Below, piece after piece: positions 39,008 to 49,983 of a DNA stretch of 64,000 bases (position 1 is its first letter; every line of letters starts with the position of its first letter). Origin of the DNA: a bacterium (GTDB taxonomy: Bacteria; Electryoneota; Electryoneia; Electryoneales; Electryoneaceae); contig OY769902.1 in NCBI GenBank assembly GCA_963669175.1, positions 3,616,001 through 3,680,000 on the forward strand, given 5' to 3'. A model generated the notes under the pieces. The model ran no database searches and was not told the origin of the DNA. It saw nothing but the letters and a program-made list of their open reading frames with translations. The position numbers were made by a program, and so were the translations under genes.

Positions 39008-41320
39008 CTAAAACTCCAGGCTGACACCGATAGAAGGCAGTAAACCGATCGAATCGCCTTTTATGGCTCGCTGTTCACGTTCGTCCCATTCGGGCGCGTA
39101 ATCTGTTTTGTGGTTGTACACGTTCTGCACATCGATATAGGTGATCAGGTTATAGTTCGCAAAGCGCCAGAAACGGTCCACACGGATATCCAGGCTGTGA
39201 TTGATACCGGTCCGTTTCGAGTAATAGTCCTCGACGTCCTCGCTGCCATCCGGGTTGTATGGTGTGTAAGGACGCCCGGTGGCCAGGCGGAACTTGGAAG
39301 AGACTTCCCATTTCTGGTCGAACATGAATCCCACGCCGAGGTTAAAAATCCAGCGTTGATCCCACGCGCCAGGCCGTTCAATACCATCCAGTCCGGTAAA
39401 CCAGGTTTCACTGTAGGTAAGCGATGCAGTGCCGTAATGAGGATTATCAGAGGATTTCTTCTGCACCAGCAGCTCCACCCCACGTGACCAGCCTTCTCCC
39501 TTGCTGACCAGGGGATCAAAACCGTAACTGGCGAAACCTTCAGTCGCTCCTCCATACCCCGCCCCGGTATTGGCAAGCACCAGCCAGGGACGAGTAGTAC
39601 TCGCAGGATAGTTGAAGTAATCCTTGTAATAGGTCTCAACCTGTACGCGAACATCGGAACGCAGGAAATATTCTGTTCCCAGCACCAGTTGATCCGCGCC
39701 GATTTGTTTCAGTTCTCGGTTCTTTTCATTAGCCACCAGCCAGATATAGCTGGGCGCCTGGTGATAACGTCCCACGCTGGCGTTCAGTTTCATGTTGTCA
39801 AACAGTTGGTAGGACATGGCCAGACGCGGACTGAAGGCCCAGCCATCCTCGATCATGTCGAAATAATCAGCGCGTCCCCCAAGGGTAGTCGTGAGAAAGC
39901 CGAATTTTTTCGCCAGTTGAACATAGGCCGCTGATTTGAAGGTTGCAGAGTTATAGTGTTCGTTCAGGTACAGTGTCTGCACTGGTGTAATCTCGGTACT
40001 GTCCAGGAAGATGTCGGCATTGAATCGAACCAGTTTCTGTTCTACACCTGTGGTGATGCGCAGGTCGTCAGCAGGATCGAAAACAACTTCTCCTATCAGG
40101 GAGGTTTCATCTTCAAAGGATTTGTTGTAGAAGAATTGCTGCATCAGGGTGTCATTCTGCCCGATATCAAACGTGACATAGTTTTTACCAAGGGTCAGGT
40201 TGGTGTATCCGCTGCCGAAGAAGTGCTTCCAGGTAACCCCGCCAATATACTGGTTAAGCGATGGAAATGGCGTCTGGGCGTTATCATAGCGCTGATCAGC
40301 GTCATCGTTAAACAGCTTGACACGATCCAGAACGACCAGCCCTACCCCGCTCAGCTTGTCCCTGGGGCCGAGATCGTAATTCACCTTGCCCAGGAAATCC
40401 CAGTATTCCGGGACGAAGCCAAACCCTGCCGCTTTGAAGATAAAATCCAGGTAGCTGCGTCGTGCTGAAAACAGGAATCCATTGCTGGAACCATCCGCAT
40501 TCTTTGCCAGCGGTCCCTCAAGATTGAAACCGAACTGGGATGCGGAAATGTTGGCTTTTCCGCCGATACGATCACTGCGGGGATCACGAAGATCTATGCT
40601 GAGAACGCTGGAGAGTTTATCCCCGTAGCGCACTCCGAAACCGCCAGTGTTAAAAGTGGTACGGTCAATATAGTCCAGATTGATGAAACTCTGCGGACCA
40701 CCGCCAGCTCCCTGGGTTCCGAAGTGATTGATATTATTCAGTGGGATATTGTCAAGAATAAAGAGGTTCTCTGAAGGCGCGCCGCCACGGACAACCATAT
40801 CATTGCGTCCCGGTGTCGCCTGGGCTACTCCCGGCAGAATGGACACGGCACGAACCACATCCTCAAAACCGCCAGGGAAACGTCTGATCTCTTCATTGCT
40901 CTGGGTGATGGTACTGACAGTGAAGTCGTCCGGCTTTCGGAAATAGCCGGCGGTGACTTTTACCTCTTCCAATTGCAAGGTCGTTGGCTCTAGCGAAATG
41001 TTCAACTCGACCGGACGCGCATTGGTCACCACCACATCCGGCTGAATCGTTGTTGCGAATCCCAGGGCAGTGATTTCCAGCGCGTAATGCCCGGGCGGGA
41101 TTGATTGAATTGCAAAACGTCCATCCAGATCTGTGGCGCTGCCATATCGGGTACCTTGAACAACCACATTGGCCCCGACTATTGGCGAACGATCTTTCGC
41201 ATTCAGCACCTGTCCGATAATAACACCATTATCAGCTTGCGTAGCGGCAATAGAGCTCCCGATCACTAGTGAGAGCATCAGTACGCTGCCCAGGACCAGA
41301 ATTGTCACATTGCGCATCAT
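39008..41320 (-). CDS. TonB-dependent receptor with N-terminal carboxypeptidase-regulatory-like domain
   Basis: GANVVVQGT..GSATDLDGRF, LEEVKVTA, plug motif LPGV..VRGG..ENL, beta-barrel and terminal ...GVSLEF. Confidence 0.92.
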   Translation of the reverse strand: MMRNVTILVLGSVLMLSLVIGSSIAATQADNGVIIGQVLNAKDRSPIVGANVVVQGTRYGSATDLDGRFAIQSIPPGHYALEITALGFATTIQPDVVVTNARPVELNISLEPTTLQLEEVKVTAGYFRKPDDFTVSTITQSNEEIRRFPGGFEDVVRAVSILPGVAQATPGRNDMVVRGGAPSENLFILDNIPLNNINHFGTQGAGGGPQSFINLDYIDRTTFNTGGFGVRYGDKLSSVLSIDLRDPRSDRIGGKANISASQFGFNLEGPLAKNADGSSNGFLFSARRSYLDFIFKAAGFGFVPEYWDFLGKVNYDLGPRDKLSGVGLVVLDRVKLFNDDADQRYDNAQTPFPSLNQYIGGVTWKHFFGSGYTNLTLGKNYVTFDIGQNDTLMQQFFYNKSFEDETSLIGEVVFDPADDLRITTGVEQKLVRFNADIFLDSTEITPVQTLYLNEHYNSATFKSAAYVQLAKKFGFLTTTLGGRADYFDMIEDGWAFSPRLAMSYQLFDNMKLNASVGRYHQAPSYIWLVANEKNRELKQIGADQLVLGTEYFLRSDVRVQVETYYKDYFNYPASTTRPWLVLANTGAGYGGATEGFASYGFDPLVSKGEGWSRGVELLVQKKSSDNPHYGTASLTYSETWFTGLDGIERPGAWDQRWIFNLGVGFMFDQKWEVSSKFRLATGRPYTPYNPDGSEDVEDYYSKRTGINHSLDIRVDRFWRFANYNLITYIDVQNVYNHKTDYAPEWDEREQRAIKGDSIGLLPSIGVSLEF

Positions 41321-41515
41321 CGACTCCCTGTCTTGTTTTGTTTTCAACAGTTAGACGCACTTAATATTTTTTCGTTCCTACCCCGATTTATGAGCTGTCT
41401 CTGGAGAACCCCTAACAATATCCTTACAATCAAGCGGCATTGTTGCTAATCACAAAACAGATGTACTGAGTTTAAGACAAAATAAGTGTGACCTGAAACT
41501 GAACGGGAGGACATC

Positions 41516-42646
41516 ATGCGTTGGACAGGGCTGTTCATCTTGCTTACTGTATTTGTTGCCTTTACATGTCAGGCTGCGATTCTGAACGTGCCTGATCAAT
41601 ATAAGGAGATTCAACAGGCCATTGACGCTGCGGCAGATGGTGATACGGTACTCGTAGCGCCCGGAACTTACAACGTGAATGAAAAGACCATTCCGCAGAA
41701 GAAGATTGAACAAGTTGCCGATATTATTGAAATTGAAGAAAAGCCTGGACTGTTGATCATCAACAAAGAGATCATTCTGGCTTCACATTTTATTGTTAGC
41801 GGGGACACCTCTTTCATCGCCAGTACCGTGATAAGTGGTGGCGGCTTCATTAAGGAAGGCAAAGGCTGGAAAGGTGGAACCGGAATTACAGTTGGTGGAT
41901 CGAAAACTGTCACAATCACCGGGCTCACCATTCGTGACGCCAATGACGGTATCTATCCCACCTGCCGTATCAACCTCACCCATTGCCATATCTTCAATAC
42001 TCACGACGGCGTGGACTTCGAATCCGGCAGCGGCGGCTATGTAGCGTATAACGTGATCGAACGAAATACGGATGATGCCCTCGATTTTGACGAAGACCTG
42101 GACATCGTGTGCGAGTATAACATCCTGCGCGCCAACGATGACGACGGCATCGAAATCCGTCTGCAAGCCTGGAGCGGCCATACCCTTTATTCCACAATCC
42201 GTAACAATGTGATCAGTGGAAACGCGGAAGACGGCATTCAGTTCATCGGCTACAATGTACCGACCAACCGTGTTTTCGAAATTCATGACAACCTTTTCGC
42301 CGGCAACGAAATTGCGGCTATCGCCTGCATGAACGATTCCAATACGATTGAGGACAAGCGTGGCGCGCAACTGACCGAGAAAATCATCGTTAAAAACAAT
42401 ATCATGTTGGATAACGAATATGGGATTATCGGCGGTGGCAATATGATTATCAAGGAAAACATGATCGCCAATTGCACCGGGGTTCCGCTGATGAACATTC
42501 AGGGAAAATCGAAGATTTGTGAGACGATGCTTTGGAACAACGCAAAAAAAACCGTAAACTGTAATATAACGGACAAATCGATTCTGAATATGCACCCCCA
42601 TCCGGAAGGGAGGCCCTATTTGAACCCCAAGTGGCCCCGGAAGTGA
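41516..42646 (+). CDS. Secreted right-handed parallel beta-helix protein
   Basis: VPDQYKEIQQAIDAAADGDTVLVAPGTY and repeated DDGI/DG(I/V) coils. Confidence 0.85.
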   Translation: MRWTGLFILLTVFVAFTCQAAILNVPDQYKEIQQAIDAAADGDTVLVAPGTYNVNEKTIPQKKIEQVADIIEIEEKPGLLIINKEIILASHFIVSGDTSFIASTVISGGGFIKEGKGWKGGTGITVGGSKTVTITGLTIRDANDGIYPTCRINLTHCHIFNTHDGVDFESGSGGYVAYNVIERNTDDALDFDEDLDIVCEYNILRANDDDGIEIRLQAWSGHTLYSTIRNNVISGNAEDGIQFIGYNVPTNRVFEIHDNLFAGNEIAAIACMNDSNTIEDKRGAQLTEKIIVKNNIMLDNEYGIIGGGNMIIKENMIANCTGVPLMNIQGKSKICETMLWNNAKKTVNCNITDKSILNMHPHPEGRPYLNPKWPRK

Positions 42647-42668
42647 TGGGGCGACATCGGGGGATGGT

Positions 42669-43178
42669 ATGGAAGGAAAAAAACTGTTCAAACGCTGGTT
42701 CGCACCGGTTGGTGTCAGTATAGGAATAACCGTTCACCTGTTCATCTGGAGCAGAGTTGTCAAACGGTACGAGATCGATAAGATCTCTGCCGTTTTCTCG
42801 TTTATGCCAAGGAAATTTATAGTGATCCCGGGCCTTATATTGTCTATCATTGGCCCGATTGTCTTCCTTTCCGGTATTATCAGGCTGGGGCGTGATGCTG
42901 CTATCGGCTATCCGGACAAGCTGGAAAGCGATGGCATTTTCAACTTGATCCGTAATCCCATGTATGCCGGAGTTATTTACACACTGCTTGGGGCAGGACT
43001 CTTGTTTGACAGGCTGGCGCTGGCGCTGACCGGGATAAACTGGTTCGGTTGGTCATTCTTGCAGGATAAAAGAGAAAAACGTGAGTTGACTCTGAAGTTT
43101 GGTGAAGCCTACGAAAGCTACAGAGAAAAAACTCCCGGATTCTTTCCGGGATTCAGATGCTTTTCCTCCGCCGATTAG
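42669..43178 (+). CDS. Isoprenylcysteine carboxylmethyltransferase / PEMT family membrane protein
   Basis: GIFNLIRNPMY and E..L..KFGEAYESYREKTPGFFP. Confidence 0.82.
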   Translation: MEGKKLFKRWFAPVGVSIGITVHLFIWSRVVKRYEIDKISAVFSFMPRKFIVIPGLILSIIGPIVFLSGIIRLGRDAAIGYPDKLESDGIFNLIRNPMYAGVIYTLLGAGLLFDRLALALTGINWFGWSFLQDKREKRELTLKFGEAYESYREKTPGFFPGFRCFSSAD

Positions 43179-43197
43179 TTCATGCGTTGGCAAGCCG

Positions 43198-46014
43198 TTA
43201 CTTCTCTTCGTTGGAATCTGAAGGTTCAGCCTCATCGGATCGGGCTGCTTCTTTCCTATCTCTTTCAATTGATTTCTGAAGGTCAATAATTTTCAGGCCA
43301 TGCGTATATTCAATTTCTTCAACATGTTTCAGAGTTAATAGCTTTTGCACAAGCCCATGCATTCGCTGAACCTGCGTAGGAATCTTCTCGAGTAACGGTT
43401 TCCTGTTTTCGTCTTCCAGAGCATCGTCTGCCAACAGATCCGCACATCCCTGTATAATTGCGAGCGGATTATTGAATTCATGGGCGATTGTAGCTGCAAT
43501 CTGGTTCGTTCTTTTTACCTGTTCAGCCTCGAGCCGCGCTCTTGCCGCTCTATCCTGTTCCCTGACAATCTGCCGGGATCGTTCTTCCACAAGTTTCTGC
43601 AAGCGTACACGTTCACGTTCCAGACGTCCAAGTCGCCATTGAATCAATCCCAGGATCAGAGCCGCAATGAGTAACAGATACAACAGATACACCCACATGC
43701 TTCGGTACCAAGGCGGAAGAACTCTGAAACTGAATTCTGCAGTTTTCCCCACGAGTTGATACCCATCGCGTCCGCGAACCTCAAAACGATATTTCCCTTC
43801 ACGCAAGCCTGAATACTCGTGAATGTTTTCTTTCGTCCATTCCGACCAGGCGCTGCTTTGCCCGACTAAACGATACTGGTAACGATTCTGGTTATATGTA
43901 TCATATGCCGGGATGGCAAATTCGAAGCGGACAGTATTGTCATCATATTTCAGGATAGTTGGCTTTTGAGAAGCCAATGCCAAACCGCCGAATAACAGCG
44001 AATCTTTGTTGGCGTACACTCCTGTAATGATTGAGTTTACAGCTTCTTCGCTACCATAGGAAAGATCTCCATGATAGCGTATCAGCGTATTCCCGCCACC
44101 ACCGGCCCAAATTGTATTATCTGCTCTGTCGAAATAAAGAGTGCGAATATCAGGAAGTGATGCCGGCGCCAATGGGAGGTTGAAAGTCGGGATATTGTCT
44201 GGCGAAAAGCTGACCCTGGGATTATAGAATCCCCTGGAACTGAACCATAAATTACCATCAGGATCAACATGCGGGAATGACATTTGATCACCAGTCGGCT
44301 TGAAACGATCTCCCAGCAGATCGCTTGCTATAAAACAGTCTTCTGATTCATCATACTCGTACAAACCATCAACCCCTGACAGATAAATACATCCATTGAG
44401 CAGGAATGGTTGGCACTCCCCCGACGGGACTCCTTTCGTGGAATCATACACCTGTACAGACATTTCAGAAAAATCATCATGAATGCTGTGAACGGAGATC
44501 CTTTCAAGATGATCCCAGTCTGCATTGATCCATAGATTATTGTTTTTATCAATTGCCATGGGCCCAATATGTGTCGTAAGCCCAACCGCATCAACACGCC
44601 TGGTAATCCAGCGATTTCCCTCCAGTTTCAGTAAATGGAGCCCGTTATAATAAGAGCTTACGGCAATGGTGCTTGAATCAGGCAGAACAACAAAGGACTG
44701 AATATCATAGGGAAGTTGTTTCACCATCCTTACCTGGCCTGAAGCCAACAATTCCTTCACGCCTTGTGCTGTTGCGAGTAACAACCTGTCCTTTAATGGT
44801 AGCATATCCCAGCATGTAGTGTTGCAACCTTGTACAAGATGGAATTTGGCCGGGAATCCCTGTTTGGAAGATTCTTCAAGGGCAAATAATCCCTGCATGG
44901 TCGCAACGTAGATCTGTCCATTAAACATTCTTATACGATGCACTCCTCCTCGTAAGCCTAATTCATAGTTAAATTTTGACATTTCAGGCAGGATCATTAC
45001 ACGTGCAAGACCGTAATCCAAAGGTAACCATAGACCACCTTGTCTATCTGGAAAAGATTCCCCGATAACTGTTTCGTCAGAAAGACCGACATCCTGATTG
45101 AGTAGCCTGATTACTTCACCACGCTTATTGATAACGGCAGCGCCATGCTCCTCAAAAGTCAAACAAAACAGTTCATCATTTATTCGCGAGAGATCGCGTC
45201 CAATGTACTTTTCCGCATATTCCAGCACATCCCAATTGGTTGATTTTAAATAATCTCCTTCAAGAAATGCAACATAGGGTTCTCCCCAACAGGATACCAG
45301 CGTATCACCATCAACACGAAACAGTTGACGAATAACAGTATCGTTTGGAATCTGAATGGGGCGAGGAATCAGTGAATCGCCAACGACTTTGAAAAACTGC
45401 TTATCTCTGGTCTGAACAAAAATGGCATTTTCAAACTCAAGCAGTGTAGCCCAGATATCCTTTTTTGGGGCAAGGATGGCAGAGATTTTACCGGTGGCCG
45501 GATTTTGATCATACTCCACATGCAAGAGAATTGAATCGGCCAGGAAATAGGCATGCCCGGGAATGGCTTTTGTATACCAGACATCAAAGAAATCTCGACT
45601 CAGGTTTTCGGGGATTAACTCCTTGTATGATTTGAAGGTCCGTTTGCCAAGCGTGTCTGTCTGCAAGAATCCGATATCGCCTTCCCATCCGACGAAGATA
45701 TTGTCAAACTCATCAATATCCATTGAAAGCGGAAATACTCCTTTGGGGTGCGCTATCATCCTCCAGTGGATTCCATCAAACTCAAGAATGCCTGATCCAT
45801 TGGCTATATATATGACACTTCGCGCATCCTGTAAGATGGCAAAATTCTGTACATGTCCGTCATACTCTTCAGGAAGAATGGTCTGGATGAAGGGTAATCC
45901 ATTTGTGGTGGCATTGGCGCTATAGGGCAGAGTACTGACGAGAAAGAGCAACAGGAATACTGCTGCCGAATGATATCCTGCCCTGAAGCGCGCGGTAAGC
46001 AAGTGGTGCCCCAC
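43198..46014 (-). CDS. Periplasmic beta-propeller + Y_Y_Y sensor with HisKA domain but no HATPase domain
   Basis: Propeller repeats, YQYRLVG..WSEW..Y..L..GKYRFEVR, PPWY-TM and AHEFNNPLAII; the protein ends ~70 aa later. Confidence 0.82.
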   Translation of the reverse strand: MGHHLLTARFRAGYHSAAVFLLLFLVSTLPYSANATTNGLPFIQTILPEEYDGHVQNFAILQDARSVIYIANGSGILEFDGIHWRMIAHPKGVFPLSMDIDEFDNIFVGWEGDIGFLQTDTLGKRTFKSYKELIPENLSRDFFDVWYTKAIPGHAYFLADSILLHVEYDQNPATGKISAILAPKKDIWATLLEFENAIFVQTRDKQFFKVVGDSLIPRPIQIPNDTVIRQLFRVDGDTLVSCWGEPYVAFLEGDYLKSTNWDVLEYAEKYIGRDLSRINDELFCLTFEEHGAAVINKRGEVIRLLNQDVGLSDETVIGESFPDRQGGLWLPLDYGLARVMILPEMSKFNYELGLRGGVHRIRMFNGQIYVATMQGLFALEESSKQGFPAKFHLVQGCNTTCWDMLPLKDRLLLATAQGVKELLASGQVRMVKQLPYDIQSFVVLPDSSTIAVSSYYNGLHLLKLEGNRWITRRVDAVGLTTHIGPMAIDKNNNLWINADWDHLERISVHSIHDDFSEMSVQVYDSTKGVPSGECQPFLLNGCIYLSGVDGLYEYDESEDCFIASDLLGDRFKPTGDQMSFPHVDPDGNLWFSSRGFYNPRVSFSPDNIPTFNLPLAPASLPDIRTLYFDRADNTIWAGGGGNTLIRYHGDLSYGSEEAVNSIITGVYANKDSLLFGGLALASQKPTILKYDDNTVRFEFAIPAYDTYNQNRYQYRLVGQSSAWSEWTKENIHEYSGLREGKYRFEVRGRDGYQLVGKTAEFSFRVLPPWYRSMWVYLLYLLLIAALILGLIQWRLGRLERERVRLQKLVEERSRQIVREQDRAARARLEAEQVKRTNQIAATIAHEFNNPLAIIQGCADLLADDALEDENRKPLLEKIPTQVQRMHGLVQKLLTLKHVEEIEYTHGLKIIDLQKSIERDRKEAARSDEAEPSDSNEEK

Positions 46015-46229
46015 CAGAAAAGGAATCTAAAATCAAAACCGATTGAATTTCCATGTCGATTGTATAAAGGAAAATTATAATGAACCTGATCACAATAAAC
46101 CTTAGTTGTATTATGTATTATAAACGTACACCTTTTCGGGTCCAATGGCAATCAAGAAAAAAGGCTGCTATCCTCCAAATGAGGACCAGCCTCAATGATT
46201 TTCAACTCGATATTTCCACGAACTTACGT

Positions 46230-46925
46230 TCAGTCATCCGAAACCATGCCACGAAGGACAAGTAAACGAAGCAACTGGACAACAGCCATCGTTGCCGAAG
46301 CCACATAGGTCCATGCTGCTGCACTGAGAACTTTACGGGCGCCAGTGACTTCTTCTGACCGCAGATAGCCATCCGTTCCCAGGATCTGGATCGCGCGTCG
46401 GCTGGCATCAAACTCAACAGGCAATGTGACAAGGTGAAAGACAACAACCAGCGCAAACAGGACGATTCCGATATCCATCAGTGATTGGAATGACGAGAAA
46501 ATCAAGCCAACGAAAAACAAGGGAAACGCCAGCCAGCTTCCCAATTGAACCGGTCCAACCAGCGCATGACGAAATTTCAGCGCAGAATATCCTTCGGAAT
46601 GCTGTATTGCATGCCCTACTTCATGTGCAGCGACAGCAAGAGCGGCCAGTGATGGGCTTGCAAAGTTGCCTTCCGATAACCGCACCACGCGTTTTCCGGG
46701 ATCGTAATGATCTGAAAGTACGCCCCTGGTCGGCTCAACTTTAACATCAAACAGTCCAAACCTGTCAAGAATTCGGCGTGCAACATCCGCCCCCTTCAGG
46801 CCGGCGCTATTGTAAACCTGGCTATATGTCCTGTATGCCCCCTGGACCTTTGATTGTGCCCAGAAAGCCAGTATCAGCGCCGGAATCAACAGGAAAAATG
46901 TCGGATCAAACATCATGAACGGCAT
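46230..46925 (-). CDS. Zinc metallopeptidase, YugP family
   Basis: LSDHYDP, AAHEVGHAIQH, TLPVEFDASRRA and AAWTYVA. Confidence 0.92.
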   Translation of the reverse strand: MPFMMFDPTFFLLIPALILAFWAQSKVQGAYRTYSQVYNSAGLKGADVARRILDRFGLFDVKVEPTRGVLSDHYDPGKRVVRLSEGNFASPSLAALAVAAHEVGHAIQHSEGYSALKFRHALVGPVQLGSWLAFPLFFVGLIFSSFQSLMDIGIVLFALVVVFHLVTLPVEFDASRRAIQILGTDGYLRSEEVTGARKVLSAAAWTYVASATMAVVQLLRLLVLRGMVSDD

Positions 46926-47055
46926 CTATCCACTACTCCTTTTGCTCGTACGATATCAGCTTCACACCATGTAAACAACTTTGTATAGACAAAACTCAAA
47001 ATTCTGATACGGAGTTCCCACATTTTCATCACACCCTGAGCCATTAATTGAAGGA

Positions 47056-47324
47056 CTAGTGGACCATTGCACCTGATATGAGTTGTTCTGCTTGTTTTTG
47101 ATGAGTCGAGTTCAAGACAGTTACACAAAAACATAGTGTTCTATATTGAGTGTAACTAACGCAGAAATCGACCATCAAAAACAAGCCCGAAGGGAGCGCG
47201 CGCTTTACCCCATGACTGCGTTGCTTTCCCTTGAAATAACCCGCTATGTCTGTAGTCAAGCGCCTTTTCCTGAGGTAAAGCGCGCAGCTCAGAAAACATC
47301 ATAGCAGGTGCAATGGTCCACTAG
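47056..47324. mobile_element. MITE A (non-autonomous, IS630-like CTAG/TA target)
   Basis: CTAGTGGACCATTGCACCTG ... CAGGTGCAATGGTCCACTAG (20-bp perfect IR including CTAG, extending imperfectly); no transposase. Confidence 0.8.
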
Positions 47325-47798
47325 CCCGAATATTTCACCAATGCAATTTCAAATTTGGTATTTGATGGAATGGCCAGTACAAGAACCACGGCAGTGGTTC
47401 TCTGTATTAGCCCACCGTCCAGCGCCGTCTGTTTGGCGCTCACGGTGGGAATAGGATGTACGCTACTTGCCAACCCCGGCAGCGGGTTGCCTGAATATTT
47501 CCACTGTATACTTTTGATAATTATCAGGTTACTCCTTCCGGAGTAAATATATGGTGCGCATTATCTCCCCGGGTAGCCGCCAAACTGACGGCGGCTGCCC
47601 GGGGCTAATACAGGTTGCCCCTGCCGGGGCGGTTGCCGATTCTCAGCCTATTTTGCCAGCGAAACAGGGAATAGACACGCAAAGGGATACCGGAGCAAAC
47701 TGTCCCCTGAAAAATGCTGTATGAATCAGTTGTATTGTGTTGATATGAACTGTGTTAAGATGAATATCCATGTTCCGTTCATGAAATATTCGGGCTAG
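47321..47798. mobile_element. MITE B abutting MITE A, carrying internal REP-like hairpins
   Basis: CTAGCCCGAATATTTCA ... TGAAATATTCGGGCTAG (17-bp perfect IR); internal hairpin CCCCGGGTAGCCGCC/GGCGGCTGCCCGGGG. Confidence 0.7.
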
Positions 47799-47862
47799 TT
47801 ATTACTGAAGGGGAAATTTCTTTAATTCTTGCAGGACTTCCCGTCGGACACTATTTTCCGGT

Positions 47863-48543
47863 GTGAACAAACCGACTGCCATCATCATCCCCCTTTACCG
47901 GTATAGTCAGCATCTTGAGACTGTGCTGCAGGGATGTTTGCGTCATTTCCCGGCAGACCGAATCCTGGTCGTTGATGACGGCAGCCCCGACCTGGCCAGC
48001 GCCAGAGCGCAAAAATACGGGGTTCACGTGCTTCGGTATCCGGTTAACCGTGGCAAGGGCGCTGCGCTGCGTGCAGGTATCGACTTCTGGCGTGAACGAA
48101 AAATCTCCTGGGTAATCACGCTTGATTCAGATGGTCAACATGATGTCGCGGATCTTCCAGCATTCATTTCAGCAATTGCTGCAGGCGAAGCCGACGTTAT
48201 TCTTGGTTGGCGTAAAAACAGATCGGCAATGCCTGTTGATCGACGAATCTCCAATACCCTGACAAGTTGGATAATAAGTCGGCTGGCGAGAACATCCATA
48301 CCGGACAGTCAGTGTGGATATCGTGCTTTGAAAACAGACCTTTTACCCGGCCATCGATGGTTTGAAGACGGTTTTTTCTTTGAGAGCGAATTCCTGCTCA
48401 AGTGTGCTGGCAATGCCTGTCAAATCAAGTATATTCCGGTGCGCACAATCTACCACCCTGGTGATGTAAGCTCCATTCGCAGGTTTCCGGATACAGCAAG
48501 GTTTATCCGATTGGTGATACGAAGGATCACAGGACGTGATTAA
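47863..48543 (+). CDS. Glycosyltransferase family 2 (DPM synthase-like)
   Basis: VVDDGSPD, NRGKGAAL, TLDSDGQH and DSQCGYRA. Confidence 0.9.
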   Translation: MNKPTAIIIPLYRYSQHLETVLQGCLRHFPADRILVVDDGSPDLASARAQKYGVHVLRYPVNRGKGAALRAGIDFWRERKISWVITLDSDGQHDVADLPAFISAIAAGEADVILGWRKNRSAMPVDRRISNTLTSWIISRLARTSIPDSQCGYRALKTDLLPGHRWFEDGFFFESEFLLKCAGNACQIKYIPVRTIYHPGDVSSIRRFPDTARFIRLVIRRITGRD

Positions 48544-49183
48544 TTATCGTTTGGAAAGAGAACAGCTCGTAGACAGTTTGCAGCGCAAGGGCATCAGGGA
48601 TAAACGTGTCCTTGAAGCCTTGCGAAGCTTGAAACGGCACAACTTTGTTCCATCCAATATGCGCGCGCGTGCATATGAAGATAATCCCCTGCCCATCGGC
48701 GAAAACCAAACGATTTCGCAACCGTATATGGTTGCAAAGATGACCGAACTTCTGGAACTATCCGGCAATGAAAAAGTACTGGAGATTGGAACCGGGTCCG
48801 GCTATCAATGCGCTTTACTGGCCATTTTAGCCAAGAAAGTCTTTACCGTTGAACGGATAACCAGCCTGGCACAACGTGCTCGTGAGCAATTTTCCAGGTT
48901 GGAACTTGGAAATGTTATTCAGAAAGTTGGTGATGGCAGCCTTGGGTGGCCTGATTTTGCGCCCTATGACAGAATCATTGTAACTGCCGGTTCGCCGAGC
49001 ATACCCAAAAAACTTACGGATCAACTGGCAGACGGCGGCATCCTGATCATTCCTTCGGGAACCAGGAGAATCCAGGATTTGAAGAAGATCACACGCCAGG
49101 GAGATGAGATTATAACATCTTCGGAAGGCGCCTGTGTTTTTGTTCCCCTGGTGGGAAGTGACGGCTGGACTGACAACGATTAG
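48536..49183 (+). CDS. pcm: Protein-L-isoaspartate O-methyltransferase
   Basis: QTISQPYMVA, VLEIGTGSGY, GDGSLGW, APYDRIIVTA and FVPLVG. Confidence 0.95.
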   Translation: MINYRLEREQLVDSLQRKGIRDKRVLEALRSLKRHNFVPSNMRARAYEDNPLPIGENQTISQPYMVAKMTELLELSGNEKVLEIGTGSGYQCALLAILAKKVFTVERITSLAQRAREQFSRLELGNVIQKVGDGSLGWPDFAPYDRIIVTAGSPSIPKKLTDQLADGGILIIPSGTRRIQDLKKITRQGDEIITSSEGACVFVPLVGSDGWTDND

Positions 49184-49239
49184 CGGACCAGAAGCATGTA
49201 GCGGTCCATTTGACGCCCAACAAAAGCGAACAACGAGTA

Positions 49240-49875
49240 ATGATGGAACATAAAAGTCTGGCTGATGACCTTCGCGATCTGGCCGTCCAATGCGGAACGG
49301 ATACAGTCAGCCTGGGAGATATCACCAGGATCATGGGTGAACGTGGCTTTGGGATGCTTTTCATCATTCTGTCACTCCCCAGCGCAATGCCAGTCCCGGC
49401 CCCCGGATACAGCACCCCATTCGGCATCCTGATGGTCCTGCTCGGACTCCAGCAACTGGTTGGCAAGTCCAGCCCCTACCTGCCGCAATGGGCGCTCAAT
49501 CGTGAACTCAAATCAAAGACCATGGCTAAAATCTTCAATGCCGGTGGCGCTTTCTTCGACAAGATGGAATACCTGATCAAACCGCGCTTTGGTTGGATTG
49601 GAAGCCGACTCGGGCAATCTGTCATCAGCCTGCTGGTTATCATTATGGCCACCTTGATGATTTTCCCGATTCCGTTGACAAATACCGCTCCGGCCATTGT
49701 AATCTTTATTCTCGGCATCGGGATCCTTGAACGTGATGGGCTGGCGATTGCCTTTGGCGCTGTTGTGGGCTGGCTGGCAGTTCTTCTCTACGGATTTGTT
49801 ATTTATTCCATCATTTACCTTGGCACCAGCCCGGAAGAAGTGAAGGAAATGGTCAAAGGATTCCTGGGAATGTGA
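49240..49875 (+). CDS. ExoD-family exopolysaccharide biosynthesis membrane protein
   Basis: GERGFG, LSLPSAMPVPAPG, IPLTNTAPA and ERDG. Confidence 0.88.
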   Translation: MMEHKSLADDLRDLAVQCGTDTVSLGDITRIMGERGFGMLFIILSLPSAMPVPAPGYSTPFGILMVLLGLQQLVGKSSPYLPQWALNRELKSKTMAKIFNAGGAFFDKMEYLIKPRFGWIGSRLGQSVISLLVIIMATLMIFPIPLTNTAPAIVIFILGIGILERDGLAIAFGAVVGWLAVLLYGFVIYSIIYLGTSPEEVKEMVKGFLGM

Positions 49876-49983
49876 GCAATGTGCGCATAATAAGTGCAGC
49901 ACATGCCAGCAGGCGTGTATATTGTTCACACCTGCTTACCACCTCAACATCATATGTTTATATTTACAAGTACTTAACAAAAC

